From NCBI GenBank assembly GCA_043742705.1, contig JAYTXY010000024.1, positions 1 to 49,137 on the forward strand: a stretch of DNA of 49,137 nt, read 5' to 3'. Each line of letters starts with the position of its first letter. Within the stretch, counting starts at the first letter, position 1. Positions 27,074-35,453 of this stretch are shown here, in pieces. The notes under the pieces are model-generated. The model worked only from the letters and a program-made list of their open reading frames with translations, had not been told where the DNA came from and ran no database searches. Position numbers and translations under genes: made by a program. Origin of the DNA: Bacteroidota bacterium (GTDB lineage: Bacteria > Bacteroidota > Bacteroidia > AKYH767-A > 2013-40CM-41-45).

Positions 27074-29011
27074 TTGAACAGGCGATCTATAAACACCGTT
27101 ACCGCAGCAGGACTGCTCGTAACTCTTGGCATCATATACGGAGACATAGGAACGTCTCCGCTTTATGTTTTAAAAGCCATCGTTGGGAAACATGCGATCA
27201 ATAAAGAAGTTGTACTTGGAGGTATTTCCTGCATCTTTTGGACGCTGACAATTCAAACAACATTCAAGTACATCATTCTCACGCTGCGTGCCGATAACAA
27301 AGGTGAAGGAGGAATTTTTTCTTTGTATGCGCTTGTAAGAAGAACGAAATTAAAATGGCTTGTATGGCCCGCTATCATTGGCGGAAGTGCGTTGCTTGCT
27401 GACGGAATTATTACTCCGCCAATTTCTGTTTCATCGGCTATTGAAGGATTGCGTGTTTTGAATAATGATATTCCAACAGTTCCGATTGTCATTGCAATCA
27501 TCACTGCGATGTTTATCATTCAGCAATTCGGAACAAAGTTTGTCGGAAAATTTTTCGGACCGATTATGCTAATCTGGTTTTCGATGATCGGAGTGTTGGG
27601 ATTATCAGAATTACTGATCAATCCATATGTGCTAAGAGCGCTGAATCCTTATTATGCAATCAATCTTATTACACAATATCCAGGAGGCTTCTGGTTATTG
27701 GGAGCGGTTTTCCTCTGCACAACTGGAGCGGAAGCATTGTACAGTGATCTTGGTCATTGCGGAAGACAGAACATTCGCATCTCATGGATATTCGTTAAAA
27801 CATGTTTGGTCTTAAATTATTTCGGACAAGGAGCATGGCTGTTAGCAAGGGAAGGAAGTTTTTTGGAAACACAGAATCCGTTTTATGCGATGATGCCTCC
27901 CTGGTTTTTGATTCCCGGAATTATGATTGCAACGGCAGCTGCTATTGTTGCCAGCCAGGCACTCATCAGCGGATCTTTTACATTGATCAACGAAGCAATT
28001 CGATTGAACTTCTGGCCAAAGGTGCGAGTTGTTTATCCGACGGATCTTCGCGGACAGTTGTATGTACCATCTGTGAACTGGTTGTTACTGTTGGGTTGTA
28101 TCGGCATTGTTCTTTTTTTCAGAGAGTCATCGGGAATGGAGGCAGCTTATGGACTTGCCATTATCATTACCATGTTAAGTACAACAACGTTGTTGTCTTA
28201 TTATCTCTATTTGAAGCGAACAAAGATTGTATTGATTGTTCTTCCACTCATCTTATTCGCGACCGTTGAAATTTCATTTCTTGTTGCAAACCTGAATAAG
28301 TTTCCTCACGGTGGCTGGCTCACGTTGTTGATTGCAAGCTGTCTTGTTTTCCTGATGTGGGCTTGGTACCAGGCAAGAAAAGTCCGCAATCGTTTTGTGG
28401 AGTTTGTAAAATTAAAAGACTACTTAAATCTTTTGCGCGACTTGAGTCACGATTTTTCAATTCCGAAATATGCGACTCATCTTATTTACCTCACGAGCGC
28501 AAACATGCGCGATGAAATAGAAGCGAAAGTAATTTACTCCATTTTGCAAAAGCAACCAAAACGTGCCGACATGTATTGGTTCGTGCATGTTGATGTATTG
28601 GATGAACCATATACGATGGAATACAAAGTAACGGAGTTGATTAAGAGCAATATCATCCGTATAGATTTCCGTCTTGGTTTCCGTGTGGAGCCGCGCATTA
28701 ACCTGATGTTTCGAAAAGTGGTGGAAGACCTTGTCCGTAATTTTGAAGTGGACATTACATCGCGGTACGAATCACTTGGAAGAAAAAATCTGATCGGGGA
28801 TTTTCGTTTTGTGGTAATGGAAAAATTTCTTTCGTACGACAATGAACTTCCGTTCTATGAAAAAATCATCATGGATATTTATTTTTTCTTCAAAGGGGTT
28901 TCTTTGTCTGAAGAGCGCGCATTTGGCTTGGATACAAGCTCTGTAACCATTGAAAAAGTACCGATGATTGTCAGCCCCGTGAGCGAAGTAAATTTAAAGA
29001 GGATTAAGTAA
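27074..29011 (+). CDS. kup: KUP-family potassium uptake protein
   Basis: 645 aa. The N-terminal signature GIIYGDIGTSPLYV is present, followed by about 12 TM helices and a cytoplasmic C-terminal domain. The start codon is TTG. Confidence 0.9.
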   Translation: MNRRSINTVTAAGLLVTLGIIYGDIGTSPLYVLKAIVGKHAINKEVVLGGISCIFWTLTIQTTFKYIILTLRADNKGEGGIFSLYALVRRTKLKWLVWPAIIGGSALLADGIITPPISVSSAIEGLRVLNNDIPTVPIVIAIITAMFIIQQFGTKFVGKFFGPIMLIWFSMIGVLGLSELLINPYVLRALNPYYAINLITQYPGGFWLLGAVFLCTTGAEALYSDLGHCGRQNIRISWIFVKTCLVLNYFGQGAWLLAREGSFLETQNPFYAMMPPWFLIPGIMIATAAAIVASQALISGSFTLINEAIRLNFWPKVRVVYPTDLRGQLYVPSVNWLLLLGCIGIVLFFRESSGMEAAYGLAIIITMLSTTTLLSYYLYLKRTKIVLIVLPLILFATVEISFLVANLNKFPHGGWLTLLIASCLVFLMWAWYQARKVRNRFVEFVKLKDYLNLLRDLSHDFSIPKYATHLIYLTSANMRDEIEAKVIYSILQKQPKRADMYWFVHVDVLDEPYTMEYKVTELIKSNIIRIDFRLGFRVEPRINLMFRKVVEDLVRNFEVDITSRYESLGRKNLIGDFRFVVMEKFLSYDNELPFYEKIIMDIYFFFKGVSLSEERAFGLDTSSVTIEKVPMIVSPVSEVNLKRIK

Positions 29012-29022
29012 CCCGTAAACAA

Positions 29023-29544
29023 ATGTCACTCAAACCGAAAACAGCCAGCGAATCGCTTACCATCATGACGGAGATTGTATTGCCGAATGATACCAACGTA
29101 TTAGGCAATCTCATGGGTGGACGACTTCTCCACTGGATGGACATTTGCTCTGCAACAGCTGCGCAACGTCATTGCCGCAGAGTGGTTGTGACCGCTTCGG
29201 TGAATAATGTTTCTTTTGATCATCCGATAAAACTCGGAAGCATTGTTACGATACAGGCGAAAGTTTCACGCGCTTTCAACACTTCAATGGAAGTTTACAT
29301 TGATGTGTGGGTGGAGGATCGCGTAACAGGAGAAAAGAAAAAATGCAACGAAGCTATTTATACGTTTGTTGCAGTTGATCAGCACGGAGCACCGCTTCCT
29401 GTACCGGAACTTATTCCGGAAACAGCGGAGGAGAAACATCGCTTTGCAAGCGCGCTCAGAAGAAAACAACTTGCTCTTATCCTTGCCGGAAAAATGAAGC
29501 CGGAAGACGCCAATGAATTAAAGGCACTTTTCTTTAAGCAATAA
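29023..29544 (+). CDS. Acyl-CoA thioesterase (hotdog fold, YciA/BFIT-like)
   Basis: 173 aa. LPNDTNVLGNLMGGRLLHWMDICSA and VVTASVNNVSFDHPIKLG are typical of hotdog acyl-CoA thioesterases. It begins 11 nt after kup. Confidence 0.8.
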   Translation: MSLKPKTASESLTIMTEIVLPNDTNVLGNLMGGRLLHWMDICSATAAQRHCRRVVVTASVNNVSFDHPIKLGSIVTIQAKVSRAFNTSMEVYIDVWVEDRVTGEKKKCNEAIYTFVAVDQHGAPLPVPELIPETAEEKHRFASALRRKQLALILAGKMKPEDANELKALFFKQ

Positions 29545-29565
29545 GTTTGACTGGATAATGCACAA

Positions 29566-30555
29566 TCAAAGTGCACCAACAATTTTTTCCTCGTCCAGGT
29601 CCACCATACATTTAAAGTGGCCTTTCGGACATTTGTCAAAACCGATTTTTGAGCAGGGACGGCAGGAGAGATTTTTTATTTCTGATTTCTGATTTTTTAT
29701 TTTTAAGTCTCCATAATATGGATACATACCGAATTCAGGAATTGTATTTCCCCACACGCTGACGATTTCTTTTTTGAAGGCAGCTGCAATATGCATCAGC
29801 CCTGTGTCGTGCGTAATTATTTTTGATGCATACTTTACCAATGCAGCAGATTCGTTGATGGAAAATTTTCCGGCAGCGTTGAAGATTTTTGACTGATTAT
29901 TTTTTATTTTTAATTGTTGCAGAATAGATTCGGCAATTTCCCGGTCTTCTTTTCCACCAAGAAGAACTATTGGCAGATTGATTTTTTCACAGATGGAAAT
30001 AATTTTTTCTACAGGCAATTTCTTTGTCACGTGTCTTGCCCCGATAACGAAACCAATGTATCCGTTGCGAAATGTATCGGGAAGAGAAGAGATAATTTTT
30101 TCGTCTTCCTGCGAAAGAAAATAATCTAATCCCTGTCCGTCATTCACTACATCCAACGACTTCACCGTTTCCATATAACGGTCAACAATGTGAGTATCGG
30201 GAAGGCGGTTAAGTTTAAAACTAACCATCAGCCACTTTTCAAAATTGAGCTTGTTGAAAGAAAAGCTCTTTACTCCAAGTCGTGTTTTAATAATGAGTGT
30301 GCGAAGGTTGTGATGAAGATCGATGATGTAATCGTAGTTTTCTTTTTTCAGATCCCGAATGAAAGCAGATAGATCTCCTTCCAGAAAAATCTTTTTATCG
30401 ATGAACGGATTGTGTTCAATGATTGATGAAAAACTTTTCTTCGTTGCAAAATGAATTTCCGCGTTCTTCACCTGTTGTTTCAGACAACGTACAACAGGGC
30501 TCGTGAGTACAATGTCACCGATGGAGGAGAAGCGAAGAATTAGGAACTTTGTCAT
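29566..30555 (-). CDS. Glycosyltransferase family 9 (LPS heptosyltransferase-like)
   Basis: N-terminal ILRFSSIGDIVLTSPVVRCLK and C-terminal ITHDTGLMHIAAAF are the GT9 hallmarks. Confidence 0.8.
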   Translation of the reverse strand: MTKFLILRFSSIGDIVLTSPVVRCLKQQVKNAEIHFATKKSFSSIIEHNPFIDKKIFLEGDLSAFIRDLKKENYDYIIDLHHNLRTLIIKTRLGVKSFSFNKLNFEKWLMVSFKLNRLPDTHIVDRYMETVKSLDVVNDGQGLDYFLSQEDEKIISSLPDTFRNGYIGFVIGARHVTKKLPVEKIISICEKINLPIVLLGGKEDREIAESILQQLKIKNNQSKIFNAAGKFSINESAALVKYASKIITHDTGLMHIAAAFKKEIVSVWGNTIPEFGMYPYYGDLKIKNQKSEIKNLSCRPCSKIGFDKCPKGHFKCMVDLDEEKIVGAL

Positions 30556-30666
30556 TATGCTGACGAAAATAGCTATTAATAAACAATTTCGAATTTCGAA
30601 TTTTAGATTTCGGATTAAATTTTGTTAATTGTTTTGCAATCCGCAATTCAAAATTCGTAATCCGCA

Positions 30667-31434
30667 ATGATCTTTACTGATACACACACCCACCTTTACG
30701 CTGAAGAATTCACGAGTGATCGCGATTTACTTATTCGTGAGGCGATGGAGAATGGTGTTCAACGGTTTTTCCTTCCGAATATTGACAGCGCATTTGTTGA
30801 TTCCATGCTGGAACTGGAGAAAAAATATCCACAGCATTGTTTTCCGATGATGGGATTGCATCCGTGTTCAGTGAAGGAAAACTGGAAGGAAGAATTATTG
30901 TTGGTCGAAAAATACCTGGGCGAACGGAAGTTTGTCGGAGTTGGTGAAATTGGCATTGATTTATACTGGGACAAGACTTTTGTAAAAGAGCAGGAAGAAG
31001 TTTTTAGAAGGCAAATTGAACTTGCTAATCAGTACAAGCTTCCGATTGCGATTCATTCAAGAGAATCGTTTGAGGAAATTTGCAAGATACTCCTTGAAAC
31101 GAAAAAGGAAAACCCTGCCGGCATCTTTCATTGTTTCACAGGAAATATTGACCAGGCAAAGCGGGCGATTGATCTCGGCTTTTATTTGGGTATCGGAGGT
31201 GTTGTCACCTTTAAAAATTCCGGACTTGATAAAGTGGTTGCAGAAATTGATTTGAAGCACATCGTTCTCGAAACAGATGCACCGTATCTTGCTCCTGTTC
31301 CTTTCAGGGGAAAAAGAAATTTGCCGTCTTATATTTTGAAAGTGGCGGAGAAGATTGCAGAGATTAAGAACTGTTCAATTGAAGAAGTTGCAGAAGTCAC
31401 GACTGAGAATTCAAAAAAAATATTTGGAAGATAG
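30667..31434 (+). CDS. TatD-family metal-dependent hydrolase (DNase)
   Basis: DTHTHL at the N-terminus, then GEIGIDLYW, IHSRES, HCFTG and ETDAPYL. Confidence 0.9.
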   Translation: MIFTDTHTHLYAEEFTSDRDLLIREAMENGVQRFFLPNIDSAFVDSMLELEKKYPQHCFPMMGLHPCSVKENWKEELLLVEKYLGERKFVGVGEIGIDLYWDKTFVKEQEEVFRRQIELANQYKLPIAIHSRESFEEICKILLETKKENPAGIFHCFTGNIDQAKRAIDLGFYLGIGGVVTFKNSGLDKVVAEIDLKHIVLETDAPYLAPVPFRGKRNLPSYILKVAEKIAEIKNCSIEEVAEVTTENSKKIFGR

Positions 31435-31445
31435 AGGATGCTTGA

Positions 31446-32492
31446 ATGAAAATAAAAACCGCAAAGAAACCACAACACATGCAGCGTAAACAAATTCTAA
31501 TTCTCTACACGGGCGGAACAATCGGCATGATACACGATTACCGTACGCGCGCACTGAAGCCGGTTGATTTTAAATCCGTCACCGAACAGATTCCTGAGCT
31601 CAAGCATCTCAACTGTAAAATTGATTTTCATTCATCACGAAAACCAATTGACTCATCCAATGTTCAACCGGAACTTTGGATTGAGCTTTCAAAAGTGATT
31701 GAAAAAAATTATCGAAAATACGATGGCTTTGTTATTCTTCACGGAACGGATACGATGGCGTACACTGCATCAGCGCTGAGTTTCATACTGGATAATTTAA
31801 GCAAACCTGTTATCCTAACGGGATCACAGCTTCCGCTGGGAGTAATTCGTACCGATGCAAAAAGAAATTTAATTACAACGGTTGAGATTGCGGCATCAAA
31901 GACCGTTGTTCCCGAAGTCTGCATTTATTTCAACAACCAGTTATTCAGAGGAAACCGTTCTGAGAAATTTACTTCGAGTAAGTTTGATGCTTTTCAATCG
32001 CCCAATTATCCTGTGCTGGCGGAAGCGGGAACGGAAATAAAATTTAATAAAGATTCAATAAGAAGATCGCCAAATCAAAAATCAAAAATCAAAAATCAAA
32101 AATTTGATACTAACGTTGCACTTGTCCGGATATACCCAGGACTTTCAAAGGAAGTGTTGGAAGCCACGCTTTCAACAAAAAAATTGAAAGCGGTTGTTCT
32201 TGAAACCTATGGAAGCGGCAACGCACCAACCGATAAATGGTTTGTTGACACCTTGAGCAAAGCGATTGATCGCGGTGTTCTGATTCTGAACGTTTCACAA
32301 TGCAGCGGAGGAATTGTGGAACAAGGAAAATATGAGACAAGCCTTTCTTTAAAAAAGATCGGTGTCATCAGCGGAAGAGATATTACAAGGGAAGCAGCGC
32401 TCACCAAACTAATGTTCCTGCTTGGCAAAGGATTGAAGCGAAAAGAGATAGAGAAAATACTGTCGAAAAATCTGCAGGGAGAAATGAGTTAA
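31446..32492 (+). CDS. ansA: Type I (cytoplasmic) L-asparaginase
   Basis: Active-site motifs ILYTGGTIGM and ILHGTDTMAYTASAL, and the C-terminal domain LETYGSGNAP. The start may instead be the internal MQRKQILILY. Confidence 0.9.
   Translation: MKIKTAKKPQHMQRKQILILYTGGTIGMIHDYRTRALKPVDFKSVTEQIPELKHLNCKIDFHSSRKPIDSSNVQPELWIELSKVIEKNYRKYDGFVILHGTDTMAYTASALSFILDNLSKPVILTGSQLPLGVIRTDAKRNLITTVEIAASKTVVPEVCIYFNNQLFRGNRSEKFTSSKFDAFQSPNYPVLAEAGTEIKFNKDSIRRSPNQKSKIKNQKFDTNVALVRIYPGLSKEVLEATLSTKKLKAVVLETYGSGNAPTDKWFVDTLSKAIDRGVLILNVSQCSGGIVEQGKYETSLSLKKIGVISGRDITREAALTKLMFLLGKGLKRKEIEKILSKNLQGEMS
32075..32102 (+). repeat. Heptanucleotide tandem repeat (TCAAAAA)x4 inside ansA
   Basis: Read directly: TCAAAAA TCAAAAA TCAAAAA TCAAAAA. 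It encodes part of ..NQKSKIKNQKF.. between the two asparaginase domains. Confidence 0.9.
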
Positions 32493-32532
32493 CACAAAAA
32501 AACCTCCGAAGGTAAACATCGAAGGCTGATCG

Positions 32533-32620
32533 CGGAGAGAGTGGGATTCGAACCCACGGTACCCTTTTGGGGCACACACGCTTTCCAAGCGTGCTCCTTA
32601 AGCCACTCGGACATCTCTCC
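32533..32620 (-). tRNA. tRNA-Ser (anticodon GGA)
   Basis: The minus strand folds as a class II tRNA. Acceptor: GGAGAGA/TCTCTCC. Anticodon arm: CACGC-TTGGAAA-GCGTG. It has a long variable arm. T arm: GTGGG-TTCGAAT-CCCAC. Length 88 nt. Confidence 0.9.
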
Positions 32621-32637
32621 TGATTTTTTAAGGAATG

Positions 32638-32645
32638 CAAAGATA
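32638..32645 (-). promoter_or_regulatory. Candidate -7 promoter box for tRNA-Ser
   Basis: The minus strand reads TATCTTTG, an exact TAnnTTTG match, 17 nt upstream of the mature tRNA 5' end. Confidence 0.35.
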
Positions 32646-32655
32646 AAAATTACAT

Positions 32656-33570
32656 TTACCCTTCTGAATATTTTTTCTTCCCCTCTTTTCTATAAATCAA
32701 CCACAGCAAGCCAGACAAAATCACAGCGCTTATCAGCACAGAAGTCATTTCGCCTTCCATTCCAATTTTATCAGGATCAAGAGAAATTATTTTTTCATTG
32801 AAGAGATAGGTAAAAAGCACAGCCGATGCATTGTTTACAAAGTGTGCAAGGATAGGAAGCCATAACGATCCGCTCCACACAAGCAGATAACCGAACAGCG
32901 CGCCCAGCAACATCCGCGGAACGAAACCATAAAACTGCATGTGCATGGCGCTGAATAAAACAGCAGACATCCAGATACCGGTGTGAACATTCTTTGACCA
33001 CTCTGAAATAATCCGCTGAATGATTCCGCGAAACAATAATTCTTCTCCCAATGCTGGAAGTAAACCGATCATGAATACATTAAAGAGCATATCGGAAACG
33101 GAATGCATTTCAAGAAACGCTTTCGTTGCGAGAGCTGCTTTATCTTCAAGCTCTTTAAAAAACCCCGGAAGAGGAAGATGAGAATTTAATTCTCCAAGAA
33201 AATTAATTAGAGGAAGGCTGGTTATCAAAGCGATTATGACAAGCGCTCCTGAAACAAAGCCAATTTTTTTATTGAGACATAAATAATTCACCGCAGTAGA
33301 ACCAAAAATATAAGCGAGGAGAAACGAAAGGAAAGTAAAAGAGCAAATGCTGGAAATAACTTGCATGAGATTCAATGCAGCTACAAAACGTACATTGCCT
33401 AGGCTTGCCTCATCCATTTGTGCTAGTGATAAAACAGAGAAGCCATATATGCGACTTGCGATAAAAGCACTTAATAGTGGAAAAAAAACATAAAAGAAGA
33501 GGAAAGAGCCAATAGCAATGAGGAACTTGGAACTTGGTTCAACTCTTTCACAGATTGCTTTGAGACTCAT
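32656..33570 (-). CDS. CPBP-family intramembrane glutamic endopeptidase (CAAX protease-like)
   Basis: A polytopic membrane protein with the three family motifs: GEELLFRG, FSAMH and HFVNN. Confidence 0.8.
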   Translation of the reverse strand: MSLKAICERVEPSSKFLIAIGSFLFFYVFFPLLSAFIASRIYGFSVLSLAQMDEASLGNVRFVAALNLMQVISSICSFTFLSFLLAYIFGSTAVNYLCLNKKIGFVSGALVIIALITSLPLINFLGELNSHLPLPGFFKELEDKAALATKAFLEMHSVSDMLFNVFMIGLLPALGEELLFRGIIQRIISEWSKNVHTGIWMSAVLFSAMHMQFYGFVPRMLLGALFGYLLVWSGSLWLPILAHFVNNASAVLFTYLFNEKIISLDPDKIGMEGEMTSVLISAVILSGLLWLIYRKEGKKKYSEG

Positions 33571-33606
33571 AATGGTTTACCTTTGGGGGCGCAATTTAGA
33601 TATTTG

Positions 33607-33709
33607 TTCATTGGTTGATTCGTTTACCGGTTCATTTGTTTGTTAAACGAACTGGATTAAGGATTTCAGACGAATCAACTAATTAACAAATGAACGAATC
33701 AACCATTAA
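33607..33709. repeat. Intergenic GGTTSATT-word repeat element (inverted pair)
   Basis: 33607-33646 (TTCATTGGTTGATTCGTTTACCGGTTCATTTGTTTGTTAA) matches 42384-42423 at about 31 of 40 positions. 33671-33709 carries the same words in reverse complement (..GAATCAACTAATTAACAAATGAACGAATCAACCA..). Confidence 0.6.
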
Positions 33710-34705
33710 GTGATCAAAATAGGCAACATACAACTCGGTGAATTTCCTTTACTTCTCGCTCCCATGGAAGATGTGAGTGATCCGCCATTTCGTTTTGTGT
33801 GTAAGCAGAACGGTGCCGACATGATGTACACGGAATTTATTTCTTCGGAAGGATTGATTCGTGATGCAGCCAAGAGTGTTCACAAGCTTGATATTTTTGA
33901 ATACGAGCGCCCGATTGGAATCCAACTTTTCGGCGGAGACATCGATCACATGCGTGAAGCCGCATTGATTGCTGAAAACGCACAGCCGGATCTCGTTGAT
34001 ATCAATTACGGTTGCCCCGTGAAAGCGGTTGCCTGCAGAGGTGCCGGAGCTGCGTTGTTACAGGACATTCCGAAAATGGTGAAGATGACGGAAGAAATTG
34101 TAAAAGCAGTAAAACTTCCCGTCACCGTGAAAACGCGTTTAGGCTGGGATGAAAATACACTGAACATTGTTGATGTTGCAGAGCGTTTGCAGGACATTGG
34201 TATTGCAGCACTCAGCATACACGGACGAACACGCAAGCAATTATACAAGGGTCCGGCTGACTGGACGCTGATCGGAAAAGTAAAAAACAATCTGCGCATG
34301 CACATTCCGATTTTCGGAAACGGTGATGCAGACTCTCCGGAGAAAGTAATGGAGATGAGAAACAACTACGGTGTAGATGGAGTTATGATTGGTCGTGCAA
34401 GTATTGGCTATCCGTGGATCTTCAACGAGATCAAACATTTTTTAAAGACAGGAGAATACCTTGCTGCACCTTCCATTGAACAACGTGTTGCCACCTGCAG
34501 AATGCATCTTGAGAAATCAATTGAATGGAAAGGAGAGAAGGTTGGCATTTTTGAAATGCGCAGACACTATTCAAATTACTTCAAAGGGTTCGACCATTTC
34601 AAAGATTTCCGGATGAGCCTCGTTACTTCTGCTTCTGTTGAAGAAATAAATTCAATTCTGAGTGATGTTGAAAATCACTACCGGCAAGAAGAAGTGTTGA
34701 CTTGA
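33710..34705 (+). CDS. tRNA-dihydrouridine synthase (DusB-like)
   Basis: LAPMEDVSDPPFR, DINYGCPVKAV (catalytic Cys) and HGRTR are present. The start codon is GTG. Confidence 0.9.
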   Translation: MIKIGNIQLGEFPLLLAPMEDVSDPPFRFVCKQNGADMMYTEFISSEGLIRDAAKSVHKLDIFEYERPIGIQLFGGDIDHMREAALIAENAQPDLVDINYGCPVKAVACRGAGAALLQDIPKMVKMTEEIVKAVKLPVTVKTRLGWDENTLNIVDVAERLQDIGIAALSIHGRTRKQLYKGPADWTLIGKVKNNLRMHIPIFGNGDADSPEKVMEMRNNYGVDGVMIGRASIGYPWIFNEIKHFLKTGEYLAAPSIEQRVATCRMHLEKSIEWKGEKVGIFEMRRHYSNYFKGFDHFKDFRMSLVTSASVEEINSILSDVENHYRQEEVLT

Positions 34706-34759
34706 TTGTTATTCATACTCACTTTACTTTTCCGAATACTTAAACCCTGTTGACAAGAG

Positions 34760-35383
34760 ATGAACACACACGATGCCTACAATCTTTGGGCGACTCAATA
34801 TGATACGAATGAAAACAAAACGAGAGATGTTGAATCGCTTGCGTTGAGAACAACCCTGGCCGACATTCTTTTTGAAACATGCCTTGAGATCGGTTGTGGG
34901 ACGGGAAAAAATACAGAATGGTTAATTACAAAAGCCAAACAAATTACAGCCGTTGACCTTTCAGAAGAAATGCTTGCTAAAGCAAAAACAAAAATAACGG
35001 CTGAGGAAGTGCAGTTTATTTGCGCAGACATTAACAGCAAATGGACTTTCTTGAATGAACGTTATGACCTTGTAACGTTTAGCCTGGTGTTAGAACACAT
35101 TCAAAATCTTGATCACATTTTCAGCGAAGCCGCTAAATCTTTAATTCCGGGAGGACATGTTTACATTGGAGAACTTCATCCATTCAAACAATACAATGGA
35201 AGCAAAGCAAGGTTTGAAACGAAAAATGGAATCCAGGTGGTCGATTGTTTTAATCATCATCTTTCAGACTTCGTTCAACAGTCAAAAAAGAATGGACTTT
35301 CGCTTGTTGACATGAACGAGTATTTCGATAATGACAGAAGCGAAGTGCCAAGAATCTTAACAGTTGTATTGAAAAAAATCTGA
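34760..35383 (+). CDS. Class I SAM-dependent methyltransferase
   Basis: Motif I is LEIGCGTGKNT, the acidic loop is AVDLSEEML, and motif post-II is DLVTFSLVLEH. Confidence 0.8.
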   Translation: MNTHDAYNLWATQYDTNENKTRDVESLALRTTLADILFETCLEIGCGTGKNTEWLITKAKQITAVDLSEEMLAKAKTKITAEEVQFICADINSKWTFLNERYDLVTFSLVLEHIQNLDHIFSEAAKSLIPGGHVYIGELHPFKQYNGSKARFETKNGIQVVDCFNHHLSDFVQQSKKNGLSLVDMNEYFDNDRSEVPRILTVVLKKI

Positions 35384-35400
35384 AACAGAATTCTAGCCAC

Positions 35401-35437
35401 AAAAAAAACGCTTCAGAATTCTGAAGCGCTTTTTATT
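35401..35437. terminator. Bidirectional intrinsic terminator
   Basis: A perfect 20-nt palindrome, CGCTTCAGAATTCTGAAGCG (35409-35428), has an A-run upstream and TTTTTATTT downstream. It lies between convergent stops. Confidence 0.7.
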
Positions 35438-35453
35438 TAACGGGATAAAAAAA

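Noticed and set aside
32401-32801. ORFs 32401-32640 (-) and 32541-32801 (+).
   Set aside because: Both run through the tRNA-Ser(GGA) gene (32533-32620) and its flanks. They are artefacts of the six-frame translation.
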